Source: a virus. Taken from it: DNA of 64,000 nucleotides. A model generated the notes under the pieces. It saw only the letters and a program-made list of their open reading frames with translations. It was not told where the DNA came from and did not search any database. Positions within the stretch are counted from its first letter, which is position 1; every line of letters begins with the position of its first letter. The stretch covers positions 1 through 64,000 of the IMG/VR virus record IMGVR_UViG_3300050821_001198. One strand, given 5' to 3'. Below are positions 16,705-25,376 of this stretch, in pieces. The position numbers were made by a program, and so were the translations under genes.

Positions 16705-18758
16705 CAGCCCATGCCGTAGTCCGCGTCAGCGAATCGAGGCGAGGTTGCCTGGTCCGCAGCGTAGACCGCATTGATGTACATGTACTCGTGCTCTCGCGTC
16801 ACGTTGTCGGCGTAGTACCGGCCCGCCTGCACTAGCGGGTAACGATCAAGCGGGTTGACCCACTCGATGTCCCCGATCAGATTACGGCGTGCATAGTGGC
16901 CGAACCTGTCAGCCATCGCCTTCAGGCCCTTGATACTGTGGTTGGCGGCCCTGATCGCCGCGACAACGGCCGGATCATGGATCTTCTCGGGCTTGAGACT
17001 CTGAAGCACGCGCCTCGCGCCGTACTCGGAGTCAATGGCCAGCGCCAGCCGGTCCTCGTCCGTAATGCTCTCCTGCCACTCTGTGATGATCTCTCGGCAC
17101 TCGGGGGCGGCCTGCTGAGCATGAGGGAAGAGCCGCAGGAACTTGTCCCGCCGATTTGCCCACAACTCAATGAAGTAGAAACCGTCGTCGGCGTACCTGC
17201 GAGACAGGATGTCTCGCTCGGTCTTCGTGGAGCGATTCTTCTGGTACTCGACCCAGAAGATCGGTACCTCGGAATCGAAGTCCTCGGCAAGCATGAGGCT
17301 CGTATCGCTCTGGTCTCCAAGGATAGTCGTAACCTCGTACTCGCCAGCCGAGACGACGGTCTTACCGTCTGCGCCGACGCGAACGGGACGGCCAGCCACC
17401 GGGAGCTTGATCGCTTTGATGTCGGCCCACTCAAGAACGTGACTGTCATCGATCCACGTCTGATCGGGCATCTTGTCCACCAGCACGAAATGGTTGCACT
17501 CCGTCCGGTCTGTGAGCCCGGAAGCGATCTCTGCCTCGCGGCGATCCTCCAGCCACTTCATGAGCTTCTTCTTAGTGGTCGCGGTAAAGCGAGCCTGGTC
17601 CCAGCCCCGGACGAAGTATGTCTTAGGCAGGTAGGTGATATCAAGCGTGGTGATCAACTCGTGCGTGTTATAGTTCTGCCCGTAATCCTTCTCTGAGGAC
17701 GTGATCGCACCCTGTGCCGGGAGAGCCAGAGTAGCCGGGAAGTCCTTACCCCGATAGGTGTAGACAGCGCTCTGGTTACCCTTCATGCCGAACACCTTGC
17801 GGAGTCGGAGCAGGGTGGAAATGGCCTCGCGGGGAGTGCTCGCCTGCTGAATCTCGCGGTCGATGGCCTTGTCCCGCTCCGCCTTGTAGGCGTCTGCGAT
17901 GGCGGCTAGCGCGTCCTTTGTCTTGCGCGTGTAGCGCAGTCCCTCTCGGGCCGGTGTGAACTCCACAGTGCCGATGGGGACGAAGGCGAGAATGCCCTGC
18001 TCTTCACCGAGACCGTGATCGATGTACTGACGCTCAACGGGGTAGGCGACATTGCCCATGACCACGAGACTGTTCGTCTTCTCGCGGTAGCGGTCGGCTG
18101 CGATGACGTAGATCTCATCGGAGACCTTCATGCTGTAGGTAAATCGACGCGGCTCAGCACCGTTCAGCAGGACCGATCCCTCGGGCCAATACTGGAAGAG
18201 GTTGATCGCCTTGGCCTCCATCTGGTTGCTGCCACGGGCCGGGATGGTGACTTCCACGCCTGAAGGCTCGTCGGTCTCTTCGTTCGAGATGATGGTCATT
18301 GTTGCCGCGCCATCCTCGTCGCGAGAGACAGCCACCAAGATCTTGCGCCCGTCCTTGACAGACGAGAGCGTGAACTGATTGGTGTAGGCCAGTCCGGACT
18401 TGCAGCCCAGCCCCAACATGCCCTGAAAGTCATTCGAGCCGCGCTTGGTGGACGCTCCGTACTTGGAGTAGACATCCACAATGTCCTGCCGACTCAGACC
18501 GTTCCCGTAGTCCTTGACCCGCAGGTACGGGGACAGGAGAGACGGCGTGGTGACCTCAATGGGCCGCGACTCGCCCGCCTCGACATGGGCGTCCAGAGCG
18601 TTTGTGCTGTACTCGCGCACAGCGGCAAGCTCAGAGTCCGTGTACAAGTCGATGTACTGACTCATCAAGTGGATGAGCGAGTCTTCGTCCAGCGTCAGGC
18701 GAATATCGTCGCCGGTCATGGTGCTCTTGACGCTGATGTCGGGTGCGGTGGGAAGCAT
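16701..18758 (-). CDS. rIIA: rIIA-like protein (N-terminal GHKL ATPase)
   Basis: AVREYSTNALDAH, DYGNGLS, YGASTK, GMLGLGCKS; AGAGGA RBS before MLPTAP. Confidence 0.88.
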   Translation of the reverse strand: MLPTAPDISVKSTMTGDDIRLTLDEDSLIHLMSQYIDLYTDSELAAVREYSTNALDAHVEAGESRPIEVTTPSLLSPYLRVKDYGNGLSRQDIVDVYSKYGASTKRGSNDFQGMLGLGCKSGLAYTNQFTLSSVKDGRKILVAVSRDEDGAATMTIISNEETDEPSGVEVTIPARGSNQMEAKAINLFQYWPEGSVLLNGAEPRRFTYSMKVSDEIYVIAADRYREKTNSLVVMGNVAYPVERQYIDHGLGEEQGILAFVPIGTVEFTPAREGLRYTRKTKDALAAIADAYKAERDKAIDREIQQASTPREAISTLLRLRKVFGMKGNQSAVYTYRGKDFPATLALPAQGAITSSEKDYGQNYNTHELITTLDITYLPKTYFVRGWDQARFTATTKKKLMKWLEDRREAEIASGLTDRTECNHFVLVDKMPDQTWIDDSHVLEWADIKAIKLPVAGRPVRVGADGKTVVSAGEYEVTTILGDQSDTSLMLAEDFDSEVPIFWVEYQKNRSTKTERDILSRRYADDGFYFIELWANRRDKFLRLFPHAQQAAPECREIITEWQESITDEDRLALAIDSEYGARRVLQSLKPEKIHDPAVVAAIRAANHSIKGLKAMADRFGHYARRNLIGDIEWVNPLDRYPLVQAGRYYADNVTREHEYMYINAVYAADQATSPRFADADYGMGC

Positions 18759-18800
18759 TAGTTCCTCTCTGTAAGGACGACTTCGAGAACAGTGGTTCAA

Positions 18801-18829
18801 AGGATACTACATCGTGAGAGCGTTGTCAA
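18801..18829 (-). promoter_or_regulatory. promoter TTGACA-N17-TATCCT (rIIA)
   Basis: Read directly. Confidence 0.75.
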
Positions 18830-19049
18830 GGGAGCGCAGAAGCTCCTTCACGTCACGCTCGTCGGCTACGTACTCCGCAGCTTGGGAGGCAGGGAGCCCT
18901 TCTCTTGCCGTAAGCGCGTTGATCCGCTTGCGCTCTTCATTTAGAACTTCATGCACCGTCATGTGCGCCCTCTCTGTTGGTCTCTTGTGCCCTGCGCCGT
19001 TGATCATTATACCAGATCCGAGACAAACGTTGCAAACCAACATCGACAA
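18807..19049 (-). CDS. hypothetical protein with CxxCxGxG
   Basis: CNVCLGSG. Confidence 0.5.
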   Translation of the reverse strand: MSMLVCNVCLGSGIMINGAGHKRPTERAHMTVHEVLNEERKRINALTAREGLPASQAAEYVADERDVKELLRSLDNALTM

Positions 19050-19057
19050 TTTGCCAC

Positions 19058-19087
19058 TTGACTGGCAACCCCGGTCTGTGGTAGTCT
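19058..19087 (+). promoter_or_regulatory. promoter TTGACT-N18-TAGTCT at the strand switch
   Basis: GTG 7 nt downstream. Confidence 0.7.
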
Positions 19088-19094
19088 ACGCCGC

Positions 19095-19268
19095 GTGAAC
19101 CCATATCGAGACCCGCATCTTGCGGCTACACTGAACTCGCTCGTGAACCTCGACTCCCTGTACTTCATGTACTGCGAGGATAGCGGCATCATCAGTCTGC
19201 TCGGCTACAAGAACGGTCGCCCGCGCTACACGAGTAGCTTCTCCACCACGACAAGGACTGTGACATGA
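19095..19268 (+). CDS. 57-aa hypothetical protein (not in ORF track)
   Basis: MNPYRDPHLAATLNSL...; leaderless GTG; ATGA overlap with next gene. Confidence 0.6.
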   Translation: MNPYRDPHLAATLNSLVNLDSLYFMYCEDSGIISLLGYKNGRPRYTSSFSTTTRTVT

Positions 19269-19552
19269 GACTGCAAATCAACTGCGGTGGTCTACTCATC
19301 GCCTTTGTCATCGGGTGCCTCGTATCGGCGCTGTTTGGCCTGTCCTTCGCCTGGTGCGTTGTCATCGGGGTGGGTGCGGTGCCCGCGCTGGACGTGACGC
19401 TCCGAATCTTGATCTGGATTCTCGACCGACCCATCTTCTACCGCATCGAGCGCTACTTCACTCGCCGCAAGCGAGCAAAGAACCAGAGGCGCATCGAAGC
19501 GGCCAAGGCAAAGCGTATCGAGACACGGAACCAGAAGAGGCTCAATGGCTAG
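19265..19552 (+). CDS. membrane protein with basic C-tail
   Basis: Two hydrophobic helices. Confidence 0.65.
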   Translation: MRLQINCGGLLIAFVIGCLVSALFGLSFAWCVVIGVGAVPALDVTLRILIWILDRPIFYRIERYFTRRKRAKNQRRIEAAKAKRIETRNQKRLNG

Positions 19553-19597
19553 GCCAGCCCACGAACCATTCGTATACGCTCCCGAAAGGCTGGCGGC

Positions 19598-20419
19598 ATG
19601 AGCGGATCAAGACAGGAACGCCTCATCGAACTAGGGGCGATGATCGAGATGTACGAGGCGGGCTCTTCGCTGACCGAAGTCGGCCAGCACTTTGGGGTTA
19701 CCCGTCAGGCCGTCTACGCTCGTCTCAAGAAGGCCGGTGTCGTACGCAACAAGAAGGAAGCCAAGGCTGTAATACGCGAGCGTGAGACCGCTCGTGCTAT
19801 GGGGATGCAGGAGGTCATCCGGTCCGCTCTGCGCGGCGGCGATACACCTACAGCCGTTGCAGCAAAGCTCGAAGTGCTGCCTTCTGCGGTACGAGACATC
19901 TACAACACCTTCACGCCGCTCGACAAGAAAGAGATCCGCTACAAGGGCAGTGAGACCGCCTACAGCGATGAGGAACTTCTCGAATCTCTCCGTCTTGTCG
20001 CTGAGGTCTTTGGGGGCACGCCGGGGGTTACCGCGTACAGCAAGTATCGAGCCGCCTGGCCTGAACTTGCACTACCACATGCGATGACGATTGTCAAGCG
20101 CTTCGATGACTCATCCTCTGACCGTGGAGGATGGTCACTCGCCTGTGAGGCCGCCGGTCTGACACCGAATTCCAGACCGGCCGAGGGCACTGGAGAAGCC
20201 ACCTACGACCGTGAGGACATGGACGACGCTCTCAAACTCGTTCATCAGTGTGTCGGCTTCCCGCCTTCGATTGGTGACTACCGAGACTTCATGCTCGCAA
20301 ACTCCTGGAAAGACCCCCACACCAATCGTCCGCTACCCTCTCCTGGCACCATCATGAGAGAGTACGATGGCTGGATCAACGCACTAAGGGCGAACTTTGG
20401 TGACGATCCCGCCTTGTAA
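19598..20419 (+). CDS. HTH DNA-binding protein with two homing-endonuclease-associated-type repeats
   Basis: SLTEVGQHFGVTRQAVY HTH; YSDEELLESL...TP...Y...P...TIVKRF...W..ACEAAGL and a second copy. Confidence 0.72.
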   Translation: MSGSRQERLIELGAMIEMYEAGSSLTEVGQHFGVTRQAVYARLKKAGVVRNKKEAKAVIRERETARAMGMQEVIRSALRGGDTPTAVAAKLEVLPSAVRDIYNTFTPLDKKEIRYKGSETAYSDEELLESLRLVAEVFGGTPGVTAYSKYRAAWPELALPHAMTIVKRFDDSSSDRGGWSLACEAAGLTPNSRPAEGTGEATYDREDMDDALKLVHQCVGFPPSIGDYRDFMLANSWKDPHTNRPLPSPGTIMREYDGWINALRANFGDDPAL

Positions 20420-20443
20420 GAATAGACCCTACCGAGGAACCTA

Positions 20444-21481
20444 ATGAAGAAACCTGCCGCACTCCTAGCTCTCCTGGCTGTCATTCTGGGCATCGCCTAC
20501 GGCACGAGCACATCGTCCCACAAGGTGACACCCAACGTCGCAGCCGCTCCGACACACCTAGTGACGCCCGGTGGTGTGGCTTCACGCTCGCCGTCTTTCG
20601 GTAAGCCCCCGACTGCCGCCGCTAGAGTGACAGTCGCGCTCCCCGGTAGTTCGGTGCTCGTGTATGACGCGGTGACTCCGCGCAACATCCCTTCGACGGC
20701 GAAGTATGCAGCCTGCTACGCATCAGGTCCGTACGCCAACTGTGGGGAGATGCACCTTCTCCTACCGCACGCGACCCTGGTAACTATCGCCACTACCGCG
20801 AGCGTCGAGGCACGCTGTCTCGACACAGAGCCTCAGGACGCGGTACCCTCGCAGGACGCCAGTTGGCTCCGGTGGGAGATCTATACCCTGCACGTCTATC
20901 ACCCCTGCATCTACTCGTCACTGAGTGAGATGAGCACTGTCGAGGACTACCTGCGTGTAAGCAGAATCCCGTCCTCGCTGTACTACCTCTGGGACGCGGA
21001 CTGGACCTACACCTACCACATCGATGCGGGCTTCGCGGCCACACAGTGGTTCAGCAACAACTTCATCGATCAGAGTGCATTCTCCACCTACTTCTTCGCG
21101 CCGCCTCCGCCGGTCGGCCCGTCTACAGCTACGATCCAGCACTGGATCAACGCTAAGGCAGCATCGGAGAAGGTGTTTCTTGAGCGTCCTTCGTGCGGTC
21201 ACGATCCGGCTACCTCCGGGTGTCACTTCTTCCTCCAGCGCACTCTCTACTTCCAGACCAAGCTTGTACACGCCAAGGTCTCGACACAGATCGTCCCGTG
21301 CTGGGGCAAGCATGCCACTCTGGGTAATCGCTTCTGTGAGGTAGTGCGCCCCACAGTGTCATACTGGTCGCACGCTCGTGACTCAAGCCAGCGAGCTTAT
21401 GAGCGCACTGGCTACGAGCTATTCCGCTCCCGTGTTGGGTACTTCCAGAACCGAATCAACGCCGCGTTCCGGCTTCAGTAA
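20444..21481 (+). CDS. secreted glycoside hydrolase (GH25/DUF1906-like), probable endolysin
   Basis: N-terminal signal peptide; YDAV..., CLDTEPQDA (DxE), PCIYSS, LWDADWT, ATQW. Confidence 0.6.
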   Translation: MKKPAALLALLAVILGIAYGTSTSSHKVTPNVAAAPTHLVTPGGVASRSPSFGKPPTAAARVTVALPGSSVLVYDAVTPRNIPSTAKYAACYASGPYANCGEMHLLLPHATLVTIATTASVEARCLDTEPQDAVPSQDASWLRWEIYTLHVYHPCIYSSLSEMSTVEDYLRVSRIPSSLYYLWDADWTYTYHIDAGFAATQWFSNNFIDQSAFSTYFFAPPPPVGPSTATIQHWINAKAASEKVFLERPSCGHDPATSGCHFFLQRTLYFQTKLVHAKVSTQIVPCWGKHATLGNRFCEVVRPTVSYWSHARDSSQRAYERTGYELFRSRVGYFQNRINAAFRLQ

Positions 21482-21490
21482 GGAGACTCC

Positions 21491-21697
21491 ATGTCCGGTC
21501 GTACTTCAGTACGCATGGCTCGTATTCACGACCCGTCAAGGGGTCCGTTCGAGCCGCGCAGCCTAGAGCCGATCCAAGAGCGTGAGACGAACCCTCAGGG
21601 CGTCCGTCACCCGTTCAAGACAGAACAGGACAGCTTGCCCGTCGCCAAGCGGGATCGCGTCCTGGCCGCTCAGGCGCGGCGGGAGGCGATGCGCTGA
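21491..21697 (+). CDS. hypothetical protein
   Basis: AAGGAG RBS. Confidence 0.65.
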   Translation: MSGRTSVRMARIHDPSRGPFEPRSLEPIQERETNPQGVRHPFKTEQDSLPVAKRDRVLAAQARREAMR

Positions 21698-22188
21698 TGT
21701 GTGTCATGTCAGTAGTGATGGACAAGTTCAATCCGCAGTTCCCTTCGCCCAACCAATGGCCCGCATTCCCGCAGCAGCCGATCCAACCGCAGCCGTGGCC
21801 GGGTACCGCCCCCGATGCTCCGCAAATCATCCCTACCGTGGACCCGGTGGAAATCAAGCGGATGGATGACCTGATCAGGACCTTCCGAGAGGCTGTTGAG
21901 GCCGCCGAGATCATCGACCGGGTGACAGAGCAGCCGGACTGTGTAGACCCGGAGAAGGAGAAGCTCCTTGAGCGCGTAGACGCCCTGGAAGCTCGTATCC
22001 GGGAACTCCAAGGGACCGTCCGTGTTCGTTCCACGCTAGTAGTCGCGCTCGATTACACGCTTGAGGACTTCGATCTAGAGAGCGGGGACGCCGTTGTCAC
22101 CTTCCTTCAGGATGGTGGACCTAACGAGCTTTGGGAAGCCATCGAGCACGGTGCTTCGTTCACGTATACAGTCGAACTTATCGACTGA
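21697..22188 (+). CDS. hypothetical phage protein
   Basis: MCVMSVVMD..., Pro-rich, D..T.QPDC.DP.K motif. Confidence 0.7.
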   Translation: MCVMSVVMDKFNPQFPSPNQWPAFPQQPIQPQPWPGTAPDAPQIIPTVDPVEIKRMDDLIRTFREAVEAAEIIDRVTEQPDCVDPEKEKLLERVDALEARIRELQGTVRVRSTLVVALDYTLEDFDLESGDAVVTFLQDGGPNELWEAIEHGASFTYTVELID

Positions 22189-22231
22189 CGCAATCCTTCA
22201 AGATCAAGTCCCGCTCGTAGTAAAGGACGGG

Positions 22232-22444
22232 ATGTCAGTCGCGCATTTCGACCGTCGCAGTAATCGGGTCTACGTAGTTGGAACCCAGATTCATCATGGC
22301 GCTGTCGGTGTGTCGCTTGTGCTCATGGGACTCCTAGGGAGAGTCGTCCATCCGCCGGTCACGCGCCTGCTCCTGGTGTCCACGGGCGTCATGCTGATGA
22401 TAGATGATTGGCACGACTTTCCTTGGACGGGCAACTCCCCCTAG
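22232..22444 (+). CDS. membrane protein
   Basis: IHHGAVG...DDWHDFPW; two TM helices; AAGGA RBS. Confidence 0.65.
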   Translation: MSVAHFDRRSNRVYVVGTQIHHGAVGVSLVLMGLLGRVVHPPVTRLLLVSTGVMLMIDDWHDFPWTGNSP

Positions 22445-22475
22445 GGAAACCCTCTTGCGCTACGCCTAAAGTAAG

Positions 22476-22829
22476 ATGGCGGACACACCTTTCACCAACG
22501 GCCACGGGCAGGCTTATGAGATGTCAAGACGCATTGATGACCTAGGCGTCCAGATGCGCTCATTCGATAGCAAGCTTGACCAAACGCGAATGCACCTGGA
22601 CAATAAGCTCGATGACCACAAGATCCACGTCGATACCAAATTGGACGAGATTATCACTACACTCGCTGAGGTCAAAGAGGCCAAGGCGGTCGATGAGGCG
22701 GCTATAAAAGTGGACAAGGAAGATCGGGAACGCGCCCTCAAGGCACGTACATTTGTTCTAGAGATGGTCTCGGCGTTCGCGCTTATCGCCTCTGTGTTCG
22801 CGAGCGCGGTTGCCGCGCATGTCATCTAG
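22476..22829 (+). CDS. coiled-coil protein with C-terminal TM (holin/lysis-like)
   Basis: Heptads plus terminal hydrophobic helix. Confidence 0.6.
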   Translation: MADTPFTNGHGQAYEMSRRIDDLGVQMRSFDSKLDQTRMHLDNKLDDHKIHVDTKLDEIITTLAEVKEAKAVDEAAIKVDKEDRERALKARTFVLEMVSAFALIASVFASAVAAHVI

Positions 22830-22846
22830 AGATCACGCGAGCGCGT

Positions 22847-23233
22847 ATGACCGACGACAATTGGTTCCGTAACTCGATAGCCGCCTTGATCCTGATCGTC
22901 ATGACGGCGGCGCTTGTTGTTGGCATTCTCGGCCTCTCTAAAAGCGCCAGCCAAGAGGGTCAGCTAAAGACTCAACAGGGTCAGCTTGTAGCCCAGCAGG
23001 GCCAGTTGAAACAGCAGGAGCAAGCCCTAAAGGCCAACGTACTCGATCAGGTTACAAACCGTGCCCGAAACGTCTACACTTGGTGCGGGGCTATCGATGC
23101 AGAGCGCACGATCCTAGTGACGTATATTGCCCATGTCAGCGGCCAGTACAAGAACGTTCCAGTGCTAGACCTCCCCCAACTTGACTGCAAGGCTATTGCC
23201 GACCGAACCCTGGCATCAGCGAGGCATAAGTAA
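22847..23233 (+). CDS. membrane-anchored coiled-coil protein
   Basis: N-terminal TM; QQGQL heptad repeats. Confidence 0.6.
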   Translation: MTDDNWFRNSIAALILIVMTAALVVGILGLSKSASQEGQLKTQQGQLVAQQGQLKQQEQALKANVLDQVTNRARNVYTWCGAIDAERTILVTYIAHVSGQYKNVPVLDLPQLDCKAIADRTLASARHK

Positions 23234-23472
23234 TGCGTCTCCGTAGGCGAGCCAGTGAGATTGACCCTCTGTGGCAAGAGCTTCATGACGTGGAGTACCG
23301 CGTCCGCCGCATCGAGGATGAAGAGCTAGCTGAAGAGGCCGAGGCCCGGGGCGCTGTCAAAGAGACACAGCGGCGGCTCTCCAGACGACATAAGCTTCTC
23401 GTAACTGTCAGCGGCGGTGTCGCCTTCATCTCGACCGTCATTACCATCCTTACCAAGCTCCACGTTCTCTAG
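23233..23472 (+). CDS. small coiled-coil protein with C-terminal TM
   Basis: TAATG overlap. Confidence 0.6.
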   Translation: MRLRRRASEIDPLWQELHDVEYRVRRIEDEELAEEAEARGAVKETQRRLSRRHKLLVTVSGGVAFISTVITILTKLHVL

Positions 23473-25091
23473 TGGAGGACTGGACCCCGACATCCCTAGG
23501 CGTACCTCACGCTGACGATTTGCGGTCACCGATCTTCGACCTACGCGAGTGGCTAGATCAGTTCCCGTCTGAGCCTCTTCCTCTAACGCCGCATTTACGA
23601 GGCGTTACGGCCGATTCCGGGGATAACGCATCAAAAGAGCAGCTTTGTAAAGAGTGTGGTCGTGAGCACGAGCCCGGTGTTCCGTGTCCGGAGATGAGCG
23701 GTGGACCCACCGTCATGCCCGCGCCACCCAAGACGGCACGTCGTAAGACGGCTCGCCCCGGTGAAGACATGGATACGCCCGTCATTGAGTGCCCACATTG
23801 CTGGGAGCTAGTTGACGACCCCGGTAGCCTCCCCTATAACCAGATTACCTGTCCTGAGTGTGGCGAGAACGTCGAGGGCGGAATTCACTACAAGAGCCGC
23901 AAAGAGGCGTACGGAACAGACGAGGAAGAGGACAAGAGCAAGTTCACCGACCCCCGGTCACCATCATGGGGCGACGACGAGCACCACAACGAACTGAACC
24001 GTCAGAAGGCATGGGGCGGAGTACCTCCGGAGATGCTCGCTGAGAACCCGATCAACAACTTCAATGTTCTGGGCGGCGGCATCAACGACACTTACACGGG
24101 GGACCTGGAGGGTGACGGCCGTGTCATCCTCAAGTCAAAGGCCCAAGAGCGTTCCCCTGAGCGCGAAGATGACGATGACCTAGATGACAATGGGAACTTC
24201 CACCCGACACGTTGGTCAATCAGCCCCGGCTACGACGCTGAGCGCGAGAAGGCGGCTCACATCATCAGTAAGCATCTCGATCTCCCCGGTGCCCGTGTGC
24301 CCACCACAGACATTCGCCACGTTGAGTACCCGGAGTCGGTGTTCAATGAGGATGCGGACTACGACGTACCCACTAGCTGGCAGAGCGGCCCTACGTCCGT
24401 TCAGCACATGATCCCGAACGCCGAGGCGTACGATGAAGGTTACAGGCTCGACCCTGACGAGCTTCGTAATGCCGCACTCTTCGACAGCATCATCGGTAAC
24501 CATGACCGCCACGGTGCCAACGGCCTGATCACCGATGCAGGATTCGTACCCATCGATCATGGCCTTAGCTTCCCTGACAACTCGATCCACGAGCCTTCTG
24601 GGAACTACGACCTCCATGAGTACAACCGCGACTTCTTGGATGGCGCTGAGCTTCAGAGGCACGAGAGGGATCACCTTCAGCGGCTCCTAAACCACCCTAC
24701 CATGTGGAACGAACTGAACGACCTGGATCTGCCTCCTAACACGATTCCCTTTACCCGCAACCGTATACAGGCGATGATCGGCAACAACAAGATGCTCGAC
24801 AACGCCGACATGACAGTGGCGCACGGCGGCGACCCCAATGAGCAGCCGGAATGCGTGCACTGCGGTACTTGGAGGGTCCCCATGGGAGGGAAGCTCGAAT
24901 GCGCCAATGGCTGTGACGAGTGGGAGGACGACCCGGACGCCGACACATGGTCTGGCAACGGCGCAGAACAGCGTGAGCAGGCTCAGCAGGCCCTTAGGCA
25001 GCAGTACCCGCAGCAGCCACTCGATTCAAACATGTTCGCTCCCGGCCAGCCCGAGTGGCCCGAACACCCTCAGTGGCAGACGGTGGGTTGA
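23472..25091 (+). CDS. multidomain protein with Zn-ribbons and PI3/4-kinase/HipA-like kinase domain
   Basis: GGGIN, ILK, EREKAA, VPTT, FDSIIGNHDRHGAN, IDHGLSFP. Confidence 0.82.
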   Translation: MEDWTPTSLGVPHADDLRSPIFDLREWLDQFPSEPLPLTPHLRGVTADSGDNASKEQLCKECGREHEPGVPCPEMSGGPTVMPAPPKTARRKTARPGEDMDTPVIECPHCWELVDDPGSLPYNQITCPECGENVEGGIHYKSRKEAYGTDEEEDKSKFTDPRSPSWGDDEHHNELNRQKAWGGVPPEMLAENPINNFNVLGGGINDTYTGDLEGDGRVILKSKAQERSPEREDDDDLDDNGNFHPTRWSISPGYDAEREKAAHIISKHLDLPGARVPTTDIRHVEYPESVFNEDADYDVPTSWQSGPTSVQHMIPNAEAYDEGYRLDPDELRNAALFDSIIGNHDRHGANGLITDAGFVPIDHGLSFPDNSIHEPSGNYDLHEYNRDFLDGAELQRHERDHLQRLLNHPTMWNELNDLDLPPNTIPFTRNRIQAMIGNNKMLDNADMTVAHGGDPNEQPECVHCGTWRVPMGGKLECANGCDEWEDDPDADTWSGNGAEQREQAQQALRQQYPQQPLDSNMFAPGQPEWPEHPQWQTVG

Positions 25092-25116
25092 CTCATGCAC
25101 TCTGATCTGCTAGAAT
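25088..25116 (+). promoter_or_regulatory. promoter TTGACT-N17-TAGAAT overlapping the kinase stop
   Basis: ATG 8 nt downstream. Confidence 0.75.
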
Positions 25117-25124
25117 AGCCTCCT

Positions 25125-25376
25125 ATGAACCGTTTGTCATTCCATGATCGAGAGGACGGCCATGAACTTGGTGCCGTCGAAGTCCGTGACGGCATCGCTA
25201 TCCCGACGAACGACTACGCTGCTCGCCGTATGAAGATCACCCTCGGCCATCAGCATCACGACGCTCGGCCCGAACAGGGCTCCAACTTCCTGGCGGCCCT
25301 GTTCGAGCACTACCGGCGAAGCTCAGGCGTAGCCGTGAAGTCCGACGCCGGTCATTCTCAGGGCCTTCACTCGTAG
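25125..25376 (+). CDS. small hypothetical protein downstream of kinase
   Basis: Own promoter. Confidence 0.65.
   Translation: MNRLSFHDREDGHELGAVEVRDGIAIPTNDYAARRMKITLGHQHHDARPEQGSNFLAALFEHYRRSSGVAVKSDAGHSQGLHS

Larger units (their letters stand above)
1..19049 (-). other. Early/accessory gene array of a large phage (many short, tightly packed, co-oriented ORFs)
   Basis: Chain of minus-strand ORFs with ATGA/GTGA/TAATG overlaps, punctuated by sigma70/SigA-type promoters. Confidence 0.85.

Noticed and set aside
4255-17696. Long plus-strand ORFs (e.g. 4255..4971, 6372..7217, 7479..8123, 11643..12248, 16896..17696)
   Set aside because: Antisense shadows of recognisable minus-strand genes, typical of high-GC codon bias
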